Shown: positions 31,565-41,692 of the stretch, piece by piece
How positions within the stretch are numbered: the first letter of the stretch is position 1
Layout of the letters: every line of letters starts with the position of its first letter
Source: Rhizaria sp. SCN 62-66
Lineage: Eukaryota
Length of the DNA: 59,077 nt
NCBI GenBank assembly: GCA_001724265.1
Contig: MEDY01000442.1
Coordinates: 1-59,077, forward strand
Reading direction: 5' to 3'
Program-made: the position numbers and the translations under genes
The notes under the pieces: model-generated
The model's input: only the letters and a program-made list of their open reading frames with translations
Databases searched by the model: none
What the model was told of the DNA's origin: nothing

Positions 31565-34500
31565 ATGTCCTCTGCGCCCGCCACTTCCATTGCGCTTGCA
31601 CCCGCTGCTGGCGTCACAAGCTCTAGCTCAGCGTCTGCGGCGCCCCAGCAGCAGCCGCAGCAGCCGCAGCAGCCGCAGCTGCCACCTCAGCAGCTGCAGC
31701 CGTCGCAGTTGCCGCTGCTGTCGTCGCACCCGCGCCTGGGCGCGCTGCTGTCGCGCGGCGCGTGCTCGCGCGTGCTGCTGGCCGACGTCGACGGCGCCGT
31801 CCTGGCCCCGCACGCGCTCCGCGACGTCTTCGGCCTGCCCCCAGCTCCGGCCCCGCTCTTGCAGCAAGAGCAGCAGCACGGCTCATCAGCGGCGGCGGCC
31901 AACGCGGTCGCCTCCCCGGTGGTTCTGTCGGCCGCGCGCTCGCTGTCCCCCGCGTCCTCCGGCGGCGACGCCCCCGCGTTGCTCTCGGCGCCCGCCGCGG
32001 CCGCCGCGGCGCTGGAGGACGACGCGCTGTGTTTGGCGCACGACCGCGGCTTCCACAGCTTCCTCGCCGCGCTCACCGAGGAGCCCGCGGCCACGGCGGC
32101 CGAGGCGGCGGCGGCGACCGCGGCGGCCGCGCGCGCCGCGGGGCCAGCGCTGCCGCCCGCCATGCCGCTGTCGCTTGCAGAGCTGTCTGCTCGGCACCAC
32201 CTCGGGCTCCAGGCCTCCGCCTCCGCCTCTGCCTCTGCCTCTGCCTCTGCCTCTGCCTCTGATTCGACCACGAATAACACCGATGATGATGACAGCAAGA
32301 AATCCAGTGGCGCGAATGCCGGCGGCAACGCGAGCGGCGACACGGACGCTGCCAGCGCCGCGCGGCCGCCGCTGTGTCCCCCGCTGTGTCCGCCGCTAGT
32401 CTCGCCCTCCGCGCCCGCGCCCCCGGTGCGCGAGCGTGTGCTCTTCTCCTCCCCAGTCTCGCTGCGCGTGCCGAACGCGTCCTACCTCGCCGAGGTGACA
32501 CTGCCGCGCGTGCGCGCGCTGCACCCGGCCGACGGCGGCGAGCGCGCCGTGCCGCCCACGCCCTGGCTGCCGCACCTCCTCGCGCTGCGGTCGCGCCACC
32601 TCACCCGGGCCGCAGAGCCGCTGCCGCACTTGCCCACGCCCACGGCGCATGCCGCCGCGCTCGCAGAGGCGCTGCGCTCGTCTAACGCGACCACCACGAA
32701 CAACACAAATAGCAGTGGCAACAACAGCAATAACAGTATCAATACCAATACCAATAGCAGTAGCAGTAGCAGTAGCGATCGCAGTGCGGGCGGTAATACG
32801 GCAGACACAGATGCCTCTGGTGAAACAGCTGCAGCAGCAACCGATGCCACCACAAATGCAACCGCGCCGACTGCGAATGCGCCTGCGAATGCGCCTGCTG
32901 TGACAGCTGTTGCCCCGCAGCGTCGCCCGCTGTCGTCCCAGGCGCTGGCTCTGACGCCCGCAGTGCTCAACTACTTTGGTTCCCAGGCCCAGGCCCTCGA
33001 GGACACGCTTCCGCGCCGGACCTTTCCGCTGCCGCCGCCGCCCGCGCTCGCCGCCGCCACCGCCGCCGTGGCATCTGCGCTGGCCTCGGCCTCCGCGTCT
33101 GCGTCCGCGCCCGCGCCGGCCGAGGGCTCGTTCGCACACACCGCCGCGCTGGCCGCCGGGACGGTGCGCGCGTCCCTGCGCCGCGCTCCGGCGCCCGGCC
33201 TGCCGCTGTTTGACGTCGCGGTCGCGGCGCAGCGCCGCAAGGCCGTCGAGGACGGTGACGCCGCGGTCCCAGGTTCTGCGCCCGTCGACGCCGCCGTCGT
33301 CGTCACCACGGCCGCGCTCTACATCTTCCCGCCCGCCGTCATAGTAGAGGGGCGGGCGCTGCTGGTGTACGAGCCGCACTGGCGGATCCCACTGGCGGCG
33401 CTTAGCGGCGTGGATCTGCCGTTCGACCGTCCGGCGCAGGGGCTCTTCGACGGCTTTGCGGCCTACGAGGAGCAACAGCGGCGCGCTGTGGCGCAGGCGC
33501 AGGCGCAAGCGCAGGCGCTGCAGCAGCAGGCCAGCAACTCGTCGTCCTTCTCCTCGTTCTTCTTCGGCAGCAGCTCGAGTAACAACAACAATAATAGCTC
33601 TAGCACTGCGGCCACGATCCCCCCGAACCCCGATCTCGCTCAGTCCGCCGCCGCCGTGACCGGCAACGACCTGGACCAGGCCGAGGGCCAGGGCGGTGGC
33701 GGCGCCGCTGATGACGGCCATGGCGACGACGGCGACGACGGCAGCGGCGGCGGCTTTGATGTGGCGCTGCGCGGCGACACCGTGTTTGTCCACGCCACGA
33801 TCCCGCTGCCTGCCGCCGTGGCCACACTGCCCAGCGACCCCGCGGCCGTGCTGCTCGACGCTGCGGCTCACGCGCGCCGGCCGCTGCTGGGGCTGGCCGC
33901 GCCGTCACTGTCCGCGGCCACGGCGTCCGGGGGCGCGCACGTCGCCGCGCTAGCCGCCTTTGCTCACCACGGCTACGCGCACCTCTCGCAGTCGCCGCTC
34001 GCGCCCATGGCCGCCGGCCGCGCGCCCGCGGGCAATGTGGACGCGCCGGTGCCCACCTGCGGGCCGCTGCAGCCGTTCGCGTTCCTGTCGCTGGTGATCG
34101 AGCCGCCGCGCGGGCGCCGGTCCGCGCTGGCCGAGGCGCTGTGCGCGGGCCACGTCGCGGCCACGGGCACGGCGCTGTCGGCGCAGCACGTCTCGGCGCC
34201 CTCGGCGCTGCGCGGTGTGCTCCTGCACTCGTCGGCGTCGGCGCTGGCGCGGGCCGCGCGGGGGCGCGTGGGCGCGGCCGCGGGCGCCGCGCTACCGGGC
34301 CCGCCAGCCGCGGCCGCGGAGGCGCTCGGCAGGGCCGTTGCGGCGGCCGCGGCGGCGCGGCAACGACAGGCCACGGAGCAGGCGCGTGCGCAGATGAAGG
34401 CTCGCGCCGCGGCCGCCGCGGCGGGGGAGGCGGCCGCGGTCACGGCGGTTGCGGTGGCGGCGGCGGCGACCGAGAAGGAAGTGTCTGCTGCGGCTGCTGC

Positions 34501-37500
34501 TAAGGACGACAAGACTGATGTTGTCAACGACAAGGCTTCACAAGATGATATCGACCGTGTCGAAGGCCGTGACAGCAGCAGCAGCAAGAACAACGGCGAC
34601 GACGCGTGCGAGACCGCCGTGGTGGCCGCCGCGGCCGCTGCTGCTGCGGCCGTTGCGGCGCTGGCCGAGGCCGAGACCGCGGCCGCCGCCGCGGCCGTCA
34701 CCGCTGCAGACGCGGCCGACGCCGCCGCTACGGCCGCGGACGCCGCCGTCGCCGCAGAGGCTGTGGTGACTGCCGCGCTGACTGCCGCGGCGACGGCGGC
34801 ACCCGCGCGCGGCGGCTGGGCCGGCACCGTGGAGCGGCACCTCATCGATGCTGTTTGGGCGCCGCCCGGGTGCGCGCGCAGCGCCCGTAGTAAGGGGGCA
34901 GGTGAGCCCGCCGTGCGCGACAGGGTGTCTGAGGTTGCTGCGGCGGCCGCCACGCAGGGTGCAGCGCTTGCTGGCGCGTTTGCGCTGGCTGGCGACGACT
35001 GTGAGCAGCAGCATGAGAGCAAGAATGACTGTGAGCAGAGCGTTGTTGAGGCGCCGATGCACCCCATTCTGCGTGTGCTCACAGTCACTAACCCCGACGT
35101 TGGCCCTATCACGACCGAGGCTGAGACTGAGACTGGCGCTGACACGGACGCTAGCGGCATGACTGCGACTTCGACTGCGGCTGAGACCGTTACCGTGAGC
35201 GCCACGGTCGGCGCGGCGGCTGCGATCGCGTTGGCGACCGCTGTCTCAGTCGCGGGCCGCCAGATCCGCGCCATTCCGCTGCCGCCCGCCTCAGTCCCCC
35301 TCTTGCCGCAGCAGCAGCAGCAGGCGCAGCAGCAGCAGGGCGGTGTCAATGGCGGAAACGTGGACGCTGCGCTGGCCGAGGTGCTGGCCGCGCTGGTGGC
35401 GGCGCCGCACACGCTGCCGCGGCTGACTGAGAGCCAGGCGCGCGCCGTGTTCGCCTGCCCGTGCCGCGGTCACGGCCACAGTCTCGGTCTCAGTCCTAAC
35501 AGCACGAGGGAGACTGTGCCGGAGAGCAAGGCAGAGCCTGAGCCTGATGCTGAGCCTGAACGTGAGGCCGAGGCTGAGACTGAGACTGAGACTGAGGGCA
35601 AGAGGAGCGCCAAGAAGAACAAGAGGACCAACACAAGCAAAAACAACACTGATTCCGCTAAGCCCAAGACTGGCGCGGCAAGTGATAACTCCGCTGGCCC
35701 TGCCTCTAGCTATAGCTCTGCCTCCAGCTCTGGCCCTAAGCCCGTGCCCGGCGCTGTGTGCGCCCTTGTTCGCGCGCTATGGCTGGCGCGCGGCCACGCC
35801 CGCCAGTCCGTGGCCGCCGCCGAGCTGCCTCCCGAGGCCGCTGCGCCGCACCCGGCGCTCCCCGCCTCTGTCCCTGTCCCTGTCGCTGACGCTGACGCTG
35901 ACGCTGACGTGAAGGCGAATGTGAACTCGAACACTGGCACCGACACTGCTGACAGCAGCAAGAAGGCGAGCGATGCGACTTTGCGCGGCGCAAATGCGAG
36001 CCAAGTGACTGTGAGCTCTGTTACTGTGAGCGGCATGACCGTGAGCGGCGCGGCGTGGTCGGTGCTCGACGACTCGCCAGAGTGCCTACACGCGCTCGAG
36101 TCCCTCCTGAGCAATAACATTGCCAGCACGAGTTCTGTCACGAGTACTGGCATGGGTACTGGCGCTCGTGGCGGCCTGTGCCGTTGGTCGCGCGCCCGCC
36201 TGCGCGCGCTGCTGCTGGCCGAGCTGCACGAGGACGGCGTTGTGCTGGCCCCAGTGCTGCGCCGTTACCATGAGCAGCAGCGCGCGGCGCGGCGCCAGAG
36301 GCGGGAGGAGACGCGCGCGCTGCGCAGGGCTCAGCGCGCGCGCCAGGGCCGCCGCGCGCCGCCGCCGCCTGTGCCGGTGCCGCAGTCGGGCTCGCTCACG
36401 CCCATGGCTAACTCTGGCGCTAACGACGCTAAAACTGACGCTAACGCTGGCGCTAAGGCGAAAGCGAACGCTGAAGCGAACGGTGGTGCGCTGCCGTTGA
36501 ACGAGACTACGACCGATAAGAACAACGGCGAGAACGACAACGACAAAACTTCGACTGACGACGATGACGGCGGTAGCGACGACGACAGCGACGGCGACGG
36601 CAACGGCGACGACGACAGCGCCGTCGCAAGCGTGCGCATGCGCGACGCGCACGCGCTGCTGCTCTCAGCGTCGCTGTCGCAGTCCGTGGCCGCCGCCGGC
36701 CGCGCGCTCGCGCTCGCCGTGCTCGACCCTGTCTCGCGGGCGCGCGCACTGCGCGGTCATAGTAGCGAGGCGGGGGACCACAGCCGCGGCCACGGCCACG
36801 TGCGCCCGCCGCTGTCGCCGCCACGTATGAGAACGATCAGCTTCAACTCTGACTCTGAATCCGACAACGACACTAATACTGCGGGCGGTAGCGCGCTCGG
36901 TGTTGCTGTGAATAACCTCAGTGACAGCGACGACGACGACATCGCTGCGCTGTCCAACGGCCTTGGTGCTGGATCTAAGCGCAAGGCAGTCCCTCAGCCT
37001 GTCACGCCGCAGATGCTGCTCGAGATTCTCGGCCTCATGTCTCCTAACGCCCGTCACGGCGCCACGGGCACCGGCACTCAGGCCACTTCATCTGCGAATG
37101 CCAGCGCCAACGCCAGCGCAGACGCGAGCGCGAGTGCGAGCGCGAGCGCAAGTGCTGTATCGTCCCCGATGCAAGCGCAGCGCCGCTCAGTTCTCACCGT
37201 CACGCTTCCTCGCAACAGCAGTAGTCACGACCACCAGAGTCTCCGTAGCCATGGCCATAACCAGTGCCAGAGCCAGAGCCAGTGTCAGTGCGCGCAGTCG
37301 CTGCAGCTGCCGCTGTGCCTCGGCCGCGCCCCGGCCCCGCGCCGCTCGCTGGCCATCTCTGCGACCCCTCAGCACGGCGGCCTCGGCAGTGCGCCAGCAA
37401 TGACCCGCTCTGCCTCAGCTGTGTCCACGCCGGCTGTCAACCGCGCCGCCAGCGTGAACCCGACTCCCGGTGCGCCGGACGCTGAGGCGGACGCCGAGGC

Positions 37501-39715
37501 TGTGGCCGCGATGGCTGAGGCCGCCGCCGTGGCGGACTTGTACGAGCACGCGCTCTATGCGCAGCTTGAGGGGATGCTTATCCCGCAGTCTCAAGGGGTA
37601 CTTACACAGAGCAAGCAGCGCGGCGGCCCCACCTTGTTGCCGCAACAAACATGCATTCGCACTGCGACTACGACTAATAATAAGGCCAAGACAACGCTTG
37701 TGTTCAGCCCTACTGTCGACTCACTCTCCAGCGGCAGCGGCAGCGCTGCGGCAATGGGCCCCGCCCGCCTCGGCGTCGGTCTCGGGTCCAATTCCGGTGC
37801 GATCACCGGCGCCATGAGCGGCGGCAGCGAGGCCCGCAGCTTCGGCTGGGCCGTGCTGTGCCCCGACGGCGTCCCGCGTCTGTTCCCCACCCCGGCACAC
37901 GCGCGTATCGCCGCCGCGGCCTCGGCGTTCCCCGCGCTGCCGGTGCGCGCGCTCGCCACCCAGGGCGCGCGCGCGCTTCCGCTGCCCGCTGCGCCCGCGC
38001 TCGCGCTCGCGCTCACTTCCGCTGTCGGCGCGAACGCGGCCGCTGCGGGCCCGCAGTCTCCGCAACAACAGCAACTGCTGTCGACGATTGCGCCGCAGCT
38101 GCAGGGCAAGGCCGCCACGGAGGCCCTCTGGCGCTGCGAGCAAGCGCTGCTTTCGCTCGCACTCGCTCTCGCCCCGGACAGCGCGAGCGACTGCAGCGAC
38201 GGCGAGAGCAGTGCGAGTGCGGGCAGTCACCACAGCGATAATAAAGATACAAGCGAGCCCGCGCCGCTGCTGGTGGCGCTACTGCACAGCGCCCTCTCTG
38301 CCGCGGCCGCGCGCTGCGCCGCCGTCGCCGTGCCGCGGCTGGCGCGCGCCGGCGCCGCGAGCGCAGCCTGGGTGGTCCCCGCCGCGGGCCGTGTCTACGC
38401 CCCTTACATCAGCGATCAGCGAGGTACTCACACCGCTGACGCGGGGGTGATCGCTGTCGACTCGTGGGGGCCGCCGACGCTCGTGGTGTTCGATGTTAAG
38501 CCGCCCGGGTTGTCGCCGCTGTGGACAGCGTTGCCCACCTGGACGACCTCGTCGTCGTCCATCACGCTCGCTGCGTCGCCGGCCTCAGCGGGCGCTAACG
38601 CCAACGCCAACGCCAACGCTGACAACGCAAGCTCAAACTCTGGCTCTGGTGCGCGTGAGAGTGCGAGCGCTGCGAGCGCTCTTGTCCCCGTTCCAGTGAC
38701 CGTCACTCTCCCGCTCTCCGCCATCAACGCGAGCGCCAGCGCGGGCAGCAGCAGTGCGAGCGCCGTATCGTCGCTGTCGGCCCCCACGGGCGTCACCGTG
38801 CGCGCCGCGGTGCTGCCCTCGCCCCTGTCCCCGGGCTCGGTGTCATCGGCCACAGTCTCCGCCGCGCTCGCCACCTCGGCGGGCGTGCGGGCTGCGGGCG
38901 CTGGCGCCTCTGCTGCCGCCGCCGCCGCCGCCGCTGCCGCCACCGCCACCACAGTCTCGGTTGGGGCTGGCCTCAATCATGCTGCTGTCGGCGGTAATAC
39001 TGCCGTTGGCAATGCGCGGTTGGCGAGCTATTTTGCGGCGATGGCGCGGGCAAACACCTTGCGCGCTAACTCGAGCAACTACAACATCAGCAGCAGCAGC
39101 AGTGCCACTCGTAACCACAGCGCCAGTCGCAAAAAGAGTGTGCGCATCGGCGGAGTGACCGTGAGCGGCGGTGACGGCCCCGCGCGGCCTCCGCGCCCGA
39201 GCGTCAACCTGCTCGCGGGCGCTGCGTCTGCGTCGTCCGGCACGAACGGCGCCGCGATTGCGGGACTGCAGTCTTCAGCAACATCAGTGACGGCAGCGAC
39301 AACAGCGAACACGGCAAACGCAGCAAACATGGCGGCAGCGTCGGTGTTGGCCTCGCCCAAGCGGCCCCCGCGCCCGTCGCTGCTGCTGGCGCACACGCAC
39401 GCGCACACGCCGCGCGCCAGTGCCAGTGCGGGGTTGCTGGAGCATCTTCCTAGCTCCACGCGTAATGCCCACAGCACCCGAAGCAGCAGTCAGCAGCGCC
39501 AGCCGACTCAGACGCAGGTGGTGACGACAGTGATGCTCCCGCCGATGCCGCAGGGCGCCGCGGTACGCATGCCGGTCGTCACCGCGCCCGCCGACGCCGA
39601 CGGCGTACTGCTCGCCACCGAGGTGCTGGGCTACGGGCTCGCGGGCGCCGCGAAGGCCGCGGCGGCGGCGCCCGCGCTGGCCTGGCGAGGCGCGCTCATC
39701 GACCGCAGGCTGTGA
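31565..39715 (+). CDS. Large (2716 aa) intronless Ala/Ser-rich protein, possibly with a fragmented myosin-TH1/PH-like fold
   Basis: Long ATG-to-TGA frame (ACCATG context) with AT-rich flanks. Short structured islands (ERVLFSSPV, VVVTTAALYIF, HWRIPLAALSGV, GDTVFVH) sit in low-complexity sequence. The domain call is tentative. Confidence 0.75.
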   Translation: MSSAPATSIALAPAAGVTSSSSASAAPQQQPQQPQQPQLPPQQLQPSQLPLLSSHPRLGALLSRGACSRVLLADVDGAVLAPHALRDVFGLPPAPAPLLQQEQQHGSSAAAANAVASPVVLSAARSLSPASSGGDAPALLSAPAAAAAALEDDALCLAHDRGFHSFLAALTEEPAATAAEAAAATAAAARAAGPALPPAMPLSLAELSARHHLGLQASASASASASASASASDSTTNNTDDDDSKKSSGANAGGNASGDTDAASAARPPLCPPLCPPLVSPSAPAPPVRERVLFSSPVSLRVPNASYLAEVTLPRVRALHPADGGERAVPPTPWLPHLLALRSRHLTRAAEPLPHLPTPTAHAAALAEALRSSNATTTNNTNSSGNNSNNSINTNTNSSSSSSSDRSAGGNTADTDASGETAAAATDATTNATAPTANAPANAPAVTAVAPQRRPLSSQALALTPAVLNYFGSQAQALEDTLPRRTFPLPPPPALAAATAAVASALASASASASAPAPAEGSFAHTAALAAGTVRASLRRAPAPGLPLFDVAVAAQRRKAVEDGDAAVPGSAPVDAAVVVTTAALYIFPPAVIVEGRALLVYEPHWRIPLAALSGVDLPFDRPAQGLFDGFAAYEEQQRRAVAQAQAQAQALQQQASNSSSFSSFFFGSSSSNNNNNSSSTAATIPPNPDLAQSAAAVTGNDLDQAEGQGGGGAADDGHGDDGDDGSGGGFDVALRGDTVFVHATIPLPAAVATLPSDPAAVLLDAAAHARRPLLGLAAPSLSAATASGGAHVAALAAFAHHGYAHLSQSPLAPMAAGRAPAGNVDAPVPTCGPLQPFAFLSLVIEPPRGRRSALAEALCAGHVAATGTALSAQHVSAPSALRGVLLHSSASALARAARGRVGAAAGAALPGPPAAAAEALGRAVAAAAAARQRQATEQARAQMKARAAAAAAGEAAAVTAVAVAAAATEKEVSAAAAAKDDKTDVVNDKASQDDIDRVEGRDSSSSKNNGDDACETAVVAAAAAAAAAVAALAEAETAAAAAAVTAADAADAAATAADAAVAAEAVVTAALTAAATAAPARGGWAGTVERHLIDAVWAPPGCARSARSKGAGEPAVRDRVSEVAAAAATQGAALAGAFALAGDDCEQQHESKNDCEQSVVEAPMHPILRVLTVTNPDVGPITTEAETETGADTDASGMTATSTAAETVTVSATVGAAAAIALATAVSVAGRQIRAIPLPPASVPLLPQQQQQAQQQQGGVNGGNVDAALAEVLAALVAAPHTLPRLTESQARAVFACPCRGHGHSLGLSPNSTRETVPESKAEPEPDAEPEREAEAETETETEGKRSAKKNKRTNTSKNNTDSAKPKTGAASDNSAGPASSYSSASSSGPKPVPGAVCALVRALWLARGHARQSVAAAELPPEAAAPHPALPASVPVPVADADADADVKANVNSNTGTDTADSSKKASDATLRGANASQVTVSSVTVSGMTVSGAAWSVLDDSPECLHALESLLSNNIASTSSVTSTGMGTGARGGLCRWSRARLRALLLAELHEDGVVLAPVLRRYHEQQRAARRQRREETRALRRAQRARQGRRAPPPPVPVPQSGSLTPMANSGANDAKTDANAGAKAKANAEANGGALPLNETTTDKNNGENDNDKTSTDDDDGGSDDDSDGDGNGDDDSAVASVRMRDAHALLLSASLSQSVAAAGRALALAVLDPVSRARALRGHSSEAGDHSRGHGHVRPPLSPPRMRTISFNSDSESDNDTNTAGGSALGVAVNNLSDSDDDDIAALSNGLGAGSKRKAVPQPVTPQMLLEILGLMSPNARHGATGTGTQATSSANASANASADASASASASASAVSSPMQAQRRSVLTVTLPRNSSSHDHQSLRSHGHNQCQSQSQCQCAQSLQLPLCLGRAPAPRRSLAISATPQHGGLGSAPAMTRSASAVSTPAVNRAASVNPTPGAPDAEADAEAVAAMAEAAAVADLYEHALYAQLEGMLIPQSQGVLTQSKQRGGPTLLPQQTCIRTATTTNNKAKTTLVFSPTVDSLSSGSGSAAAMGPARLGVGLGSNSGAITGAMSGGSEARSFGWAVLCPDGVPRLFPTPAHARIAAAASAFPALPVRALATQGARALPLPAAPALALALTSAVGANAAAAGPQSPQQQQLLSTIAPQLQGKAATEALWRCEQALLSLALALAPDSASDCSDGESSASAGSHHSDNKDTSEPAPLLVALLHSALSAAAARCAAVAVPRLARAGAASAAWVVPAAGRVYAPYISDQRGTHTADAGVIAVDSWGPPTLVVFDVKPPGLSPLWTALPTWTTSSSSITLAASPASAGANANANANADNASSNSGSGARESASAASALVPVPVTVTLPLSAINASASAGSSSASAVSSLSAPTGVTVRAAVLPSPLSPGSVSSATVSAALATSAGVRAAGAGASAAAAAAAAAATATTVSVGAGLNHAAVGGNTAVGNARLASYFAAMARANTLRANSSNYNISSSSSATRNHSASRKKSVRIGGVTVSGGDGPARPPRPSVNLLAGAASASSGTNGAAIAGLQSSATSVTAATTANTANAANMAAASVLASPKRPPRPSLLLAHTHAHTPRASASAGLLEHLPSSTRNAHSTRSSSQQRQPTQTQVVTTVMLPPMPQGAAVRMPVVTAPADADGVLLATEVLGYGLAGAAKAAAAAPALAWRGALIDRRL
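32213..32260 (+). repeat. (GCCTCY)8 hexamer microsatellite encoding (Ala-Ser)8
   Basis: gcctccgcctccgcctctgcctct... read directly from the sequence. Confidence 0.8.
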
Positions 39716-40036
39716 CGTAACATGATTAATGATATCTCGGGGATATTAGGCCGAAAAGCTTTTGTACGTAGTTTATATCTTGATAATACAAACGAATTTA
39801 TTTATATTCGCAATAATACTTTTACTATGTCATGTTCTTGCATGACTATGACGGTTATGAGCCTTAGCAGGACCACGGGTTTGGTTCGCAAAAAGTCTGG
39901 GCTGTTCGCAAAAAAGGAGGTAATAAAAATGGGACCATTTTTTTGTCCGGCCGGGGCATCGATGCCGCACCGAGACGACGGTCTTGAAACGTGATTCCTG
40001 ATTGACTAACCTTAAGGTTTGGGTATTGCATAAACA

Positions 40037-40834
40037 ATGTCTAAGGAAATGAAGGGTACGTTCATATATCGTTATTCTCCTATTGCTGCTGCGCGCCTAT
40101 GCCCCTGTGGCTCCTTGCCTAGATAGCACTGCTCGTCCCACCACCTGGTGCTAACCTTGCTTCATCTTCTTCGCGTTCCCTTGCTCCTCATTGCGCTTGT
40201 TTAGGTCGTGGTGGCCAGTGCGGCGGCAAGTTCCGTGTCACTGCCGGTCTCCCCACCGGTGCCATCATCAACTGCGCCGACAACACTGGTGCCAAGTCCC
40301 TCTGCTTCCGTCGGCGACTACGTCATGGCCTCCGTCAAGCAGGGTGTTGCCGAGCTCCGCAAGAAGGGTATGTTCTGCATCCTACCTCCCCATGCTTCTC
40401 CTTTGCACTTTCTCTCTCCTTTTATCGCCCCCGAATATCTCTTTGCCGCGCGCGTCACTCACTCCTGCCCTCTCTCCTATTTCTCTCTCCCTTGCTTCCT
40501 CCCCTCTCTCCAGTCACCCCCGCCATCGTCATCCGCCAGCGCAAGGCTTGGCGCCGTCCCGATGGTTACTTCATCATGTTCGAGGGTACGTTCTACCTCT
40601 TCCTAGCACTGTCGCACTCCTCTCTAGACCTCCAAGCCTACCCCTCTTGTTGTGTCCTTGCGCTCACCACTCCCTATCTGTTGTTCCCACCTTTCTCTCT
40701 CTTCTTCAGACAACGCTGGTGTCATCTGCAACGCCAAGGGTGAGATCAAGGGCTCCGCCATCACCGGCCCCGTCGCCAAGGAGGCCGCTGACCAGTGGCC
40801 CAACGTCGCCTCCAAGTGCGGCGCCGTCCTCTAA
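40037..40834 (+). CDS. RPL23: 60S ribosomal protein L23 (uL14); exons 40037-40055, 40205-40367, 40514-40585, 40710-40834; frameshifted by an apparent ~50-nt deletion at about 40298 (assembly error, defective allele or pseudogene)
   Basis: [39 protein letters not shown], then in a shifted frame [88 protein letters not shown]. Three GTAYGT...YAG introns. Confidence 0.93.
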
Positions 40835-41692
40835 GCAACTCAACGTAGTATTGTACCCTAGCTTTCATAGATAAACTACTTAAACCAAACCTCCAAACCC
40901 ACTTTTATCTATACACCCGCTTCTGAAGATACCTGAAACGGCCTTTACCTTGTACTTGCGCATCATTTACTATCCGTTATCCATACTTTTAATGTCGACA
41001 TCGGGGTCTTATCATACATTATCGGTTGGTCGGTCGCAGAGAAGGGGGCCATTTGTCGAGCGTGCAACCACGCGAGAGCGGCGACGTTCCCCAAGCCGCG
41101 CTTCGCAGGACTGTAGCGGCGTGGAATGTTGAGCTGTAACTGTAAAATTTGTATTGATGATGTAAATTTGAACGTAGATGCTATATCATATCATCCTTTT
41201 TGCGCTCACGGTTGGACGCCGGCTTAAGCTTCATTTAAAATCTCCTGCGGCTTGTCCGCGCTCGAAGTAGACAGTCTTCCACCCTCGGCTCAATTGGTCT
41301 CCTCGGGCGCCCCTGGCCCGCGCGTGATTTAAATACGACACTTGTTATGCTACCTGCATGCCTTTTTTCTTACATCTCCTCACGTTTTTGTCCCTAACAA
41401 TAACCTATGTGTCTCTCCAGAACCAGACAGAGAGCCTGCTCTCTCTCTCTCGTTTCTTTCAAAAGCTCGCTCTTCTTTCCTTCGTCGACCCTAGCTGTCC
41501 CGAGTTGTCGTGTCGAGCTGCGACTCCTCCCTCTCTTTGCTTGTCCCTTCTTTCTGTTCTTCCCCACCCGCTTGCGCCTGGCTCCGCCGGCCAGCCGTTC
41601 GCGCCCCCCTCCCGCCCTCCGCGGACACACAGTGTTACAGACACACAGTCACAGTCTTGCTTGAGCCTGTGCCGTAACCGCCGCCGCGCAAG

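Noticed and set aside
40056-40709. Possible intronic snoRNAs in RPL23 (and RPS15A) introns
   Set aside because: I saw no convincing C/D box pair or H/ACA double hairpin; the introns are mostly pyrimidine tracts.
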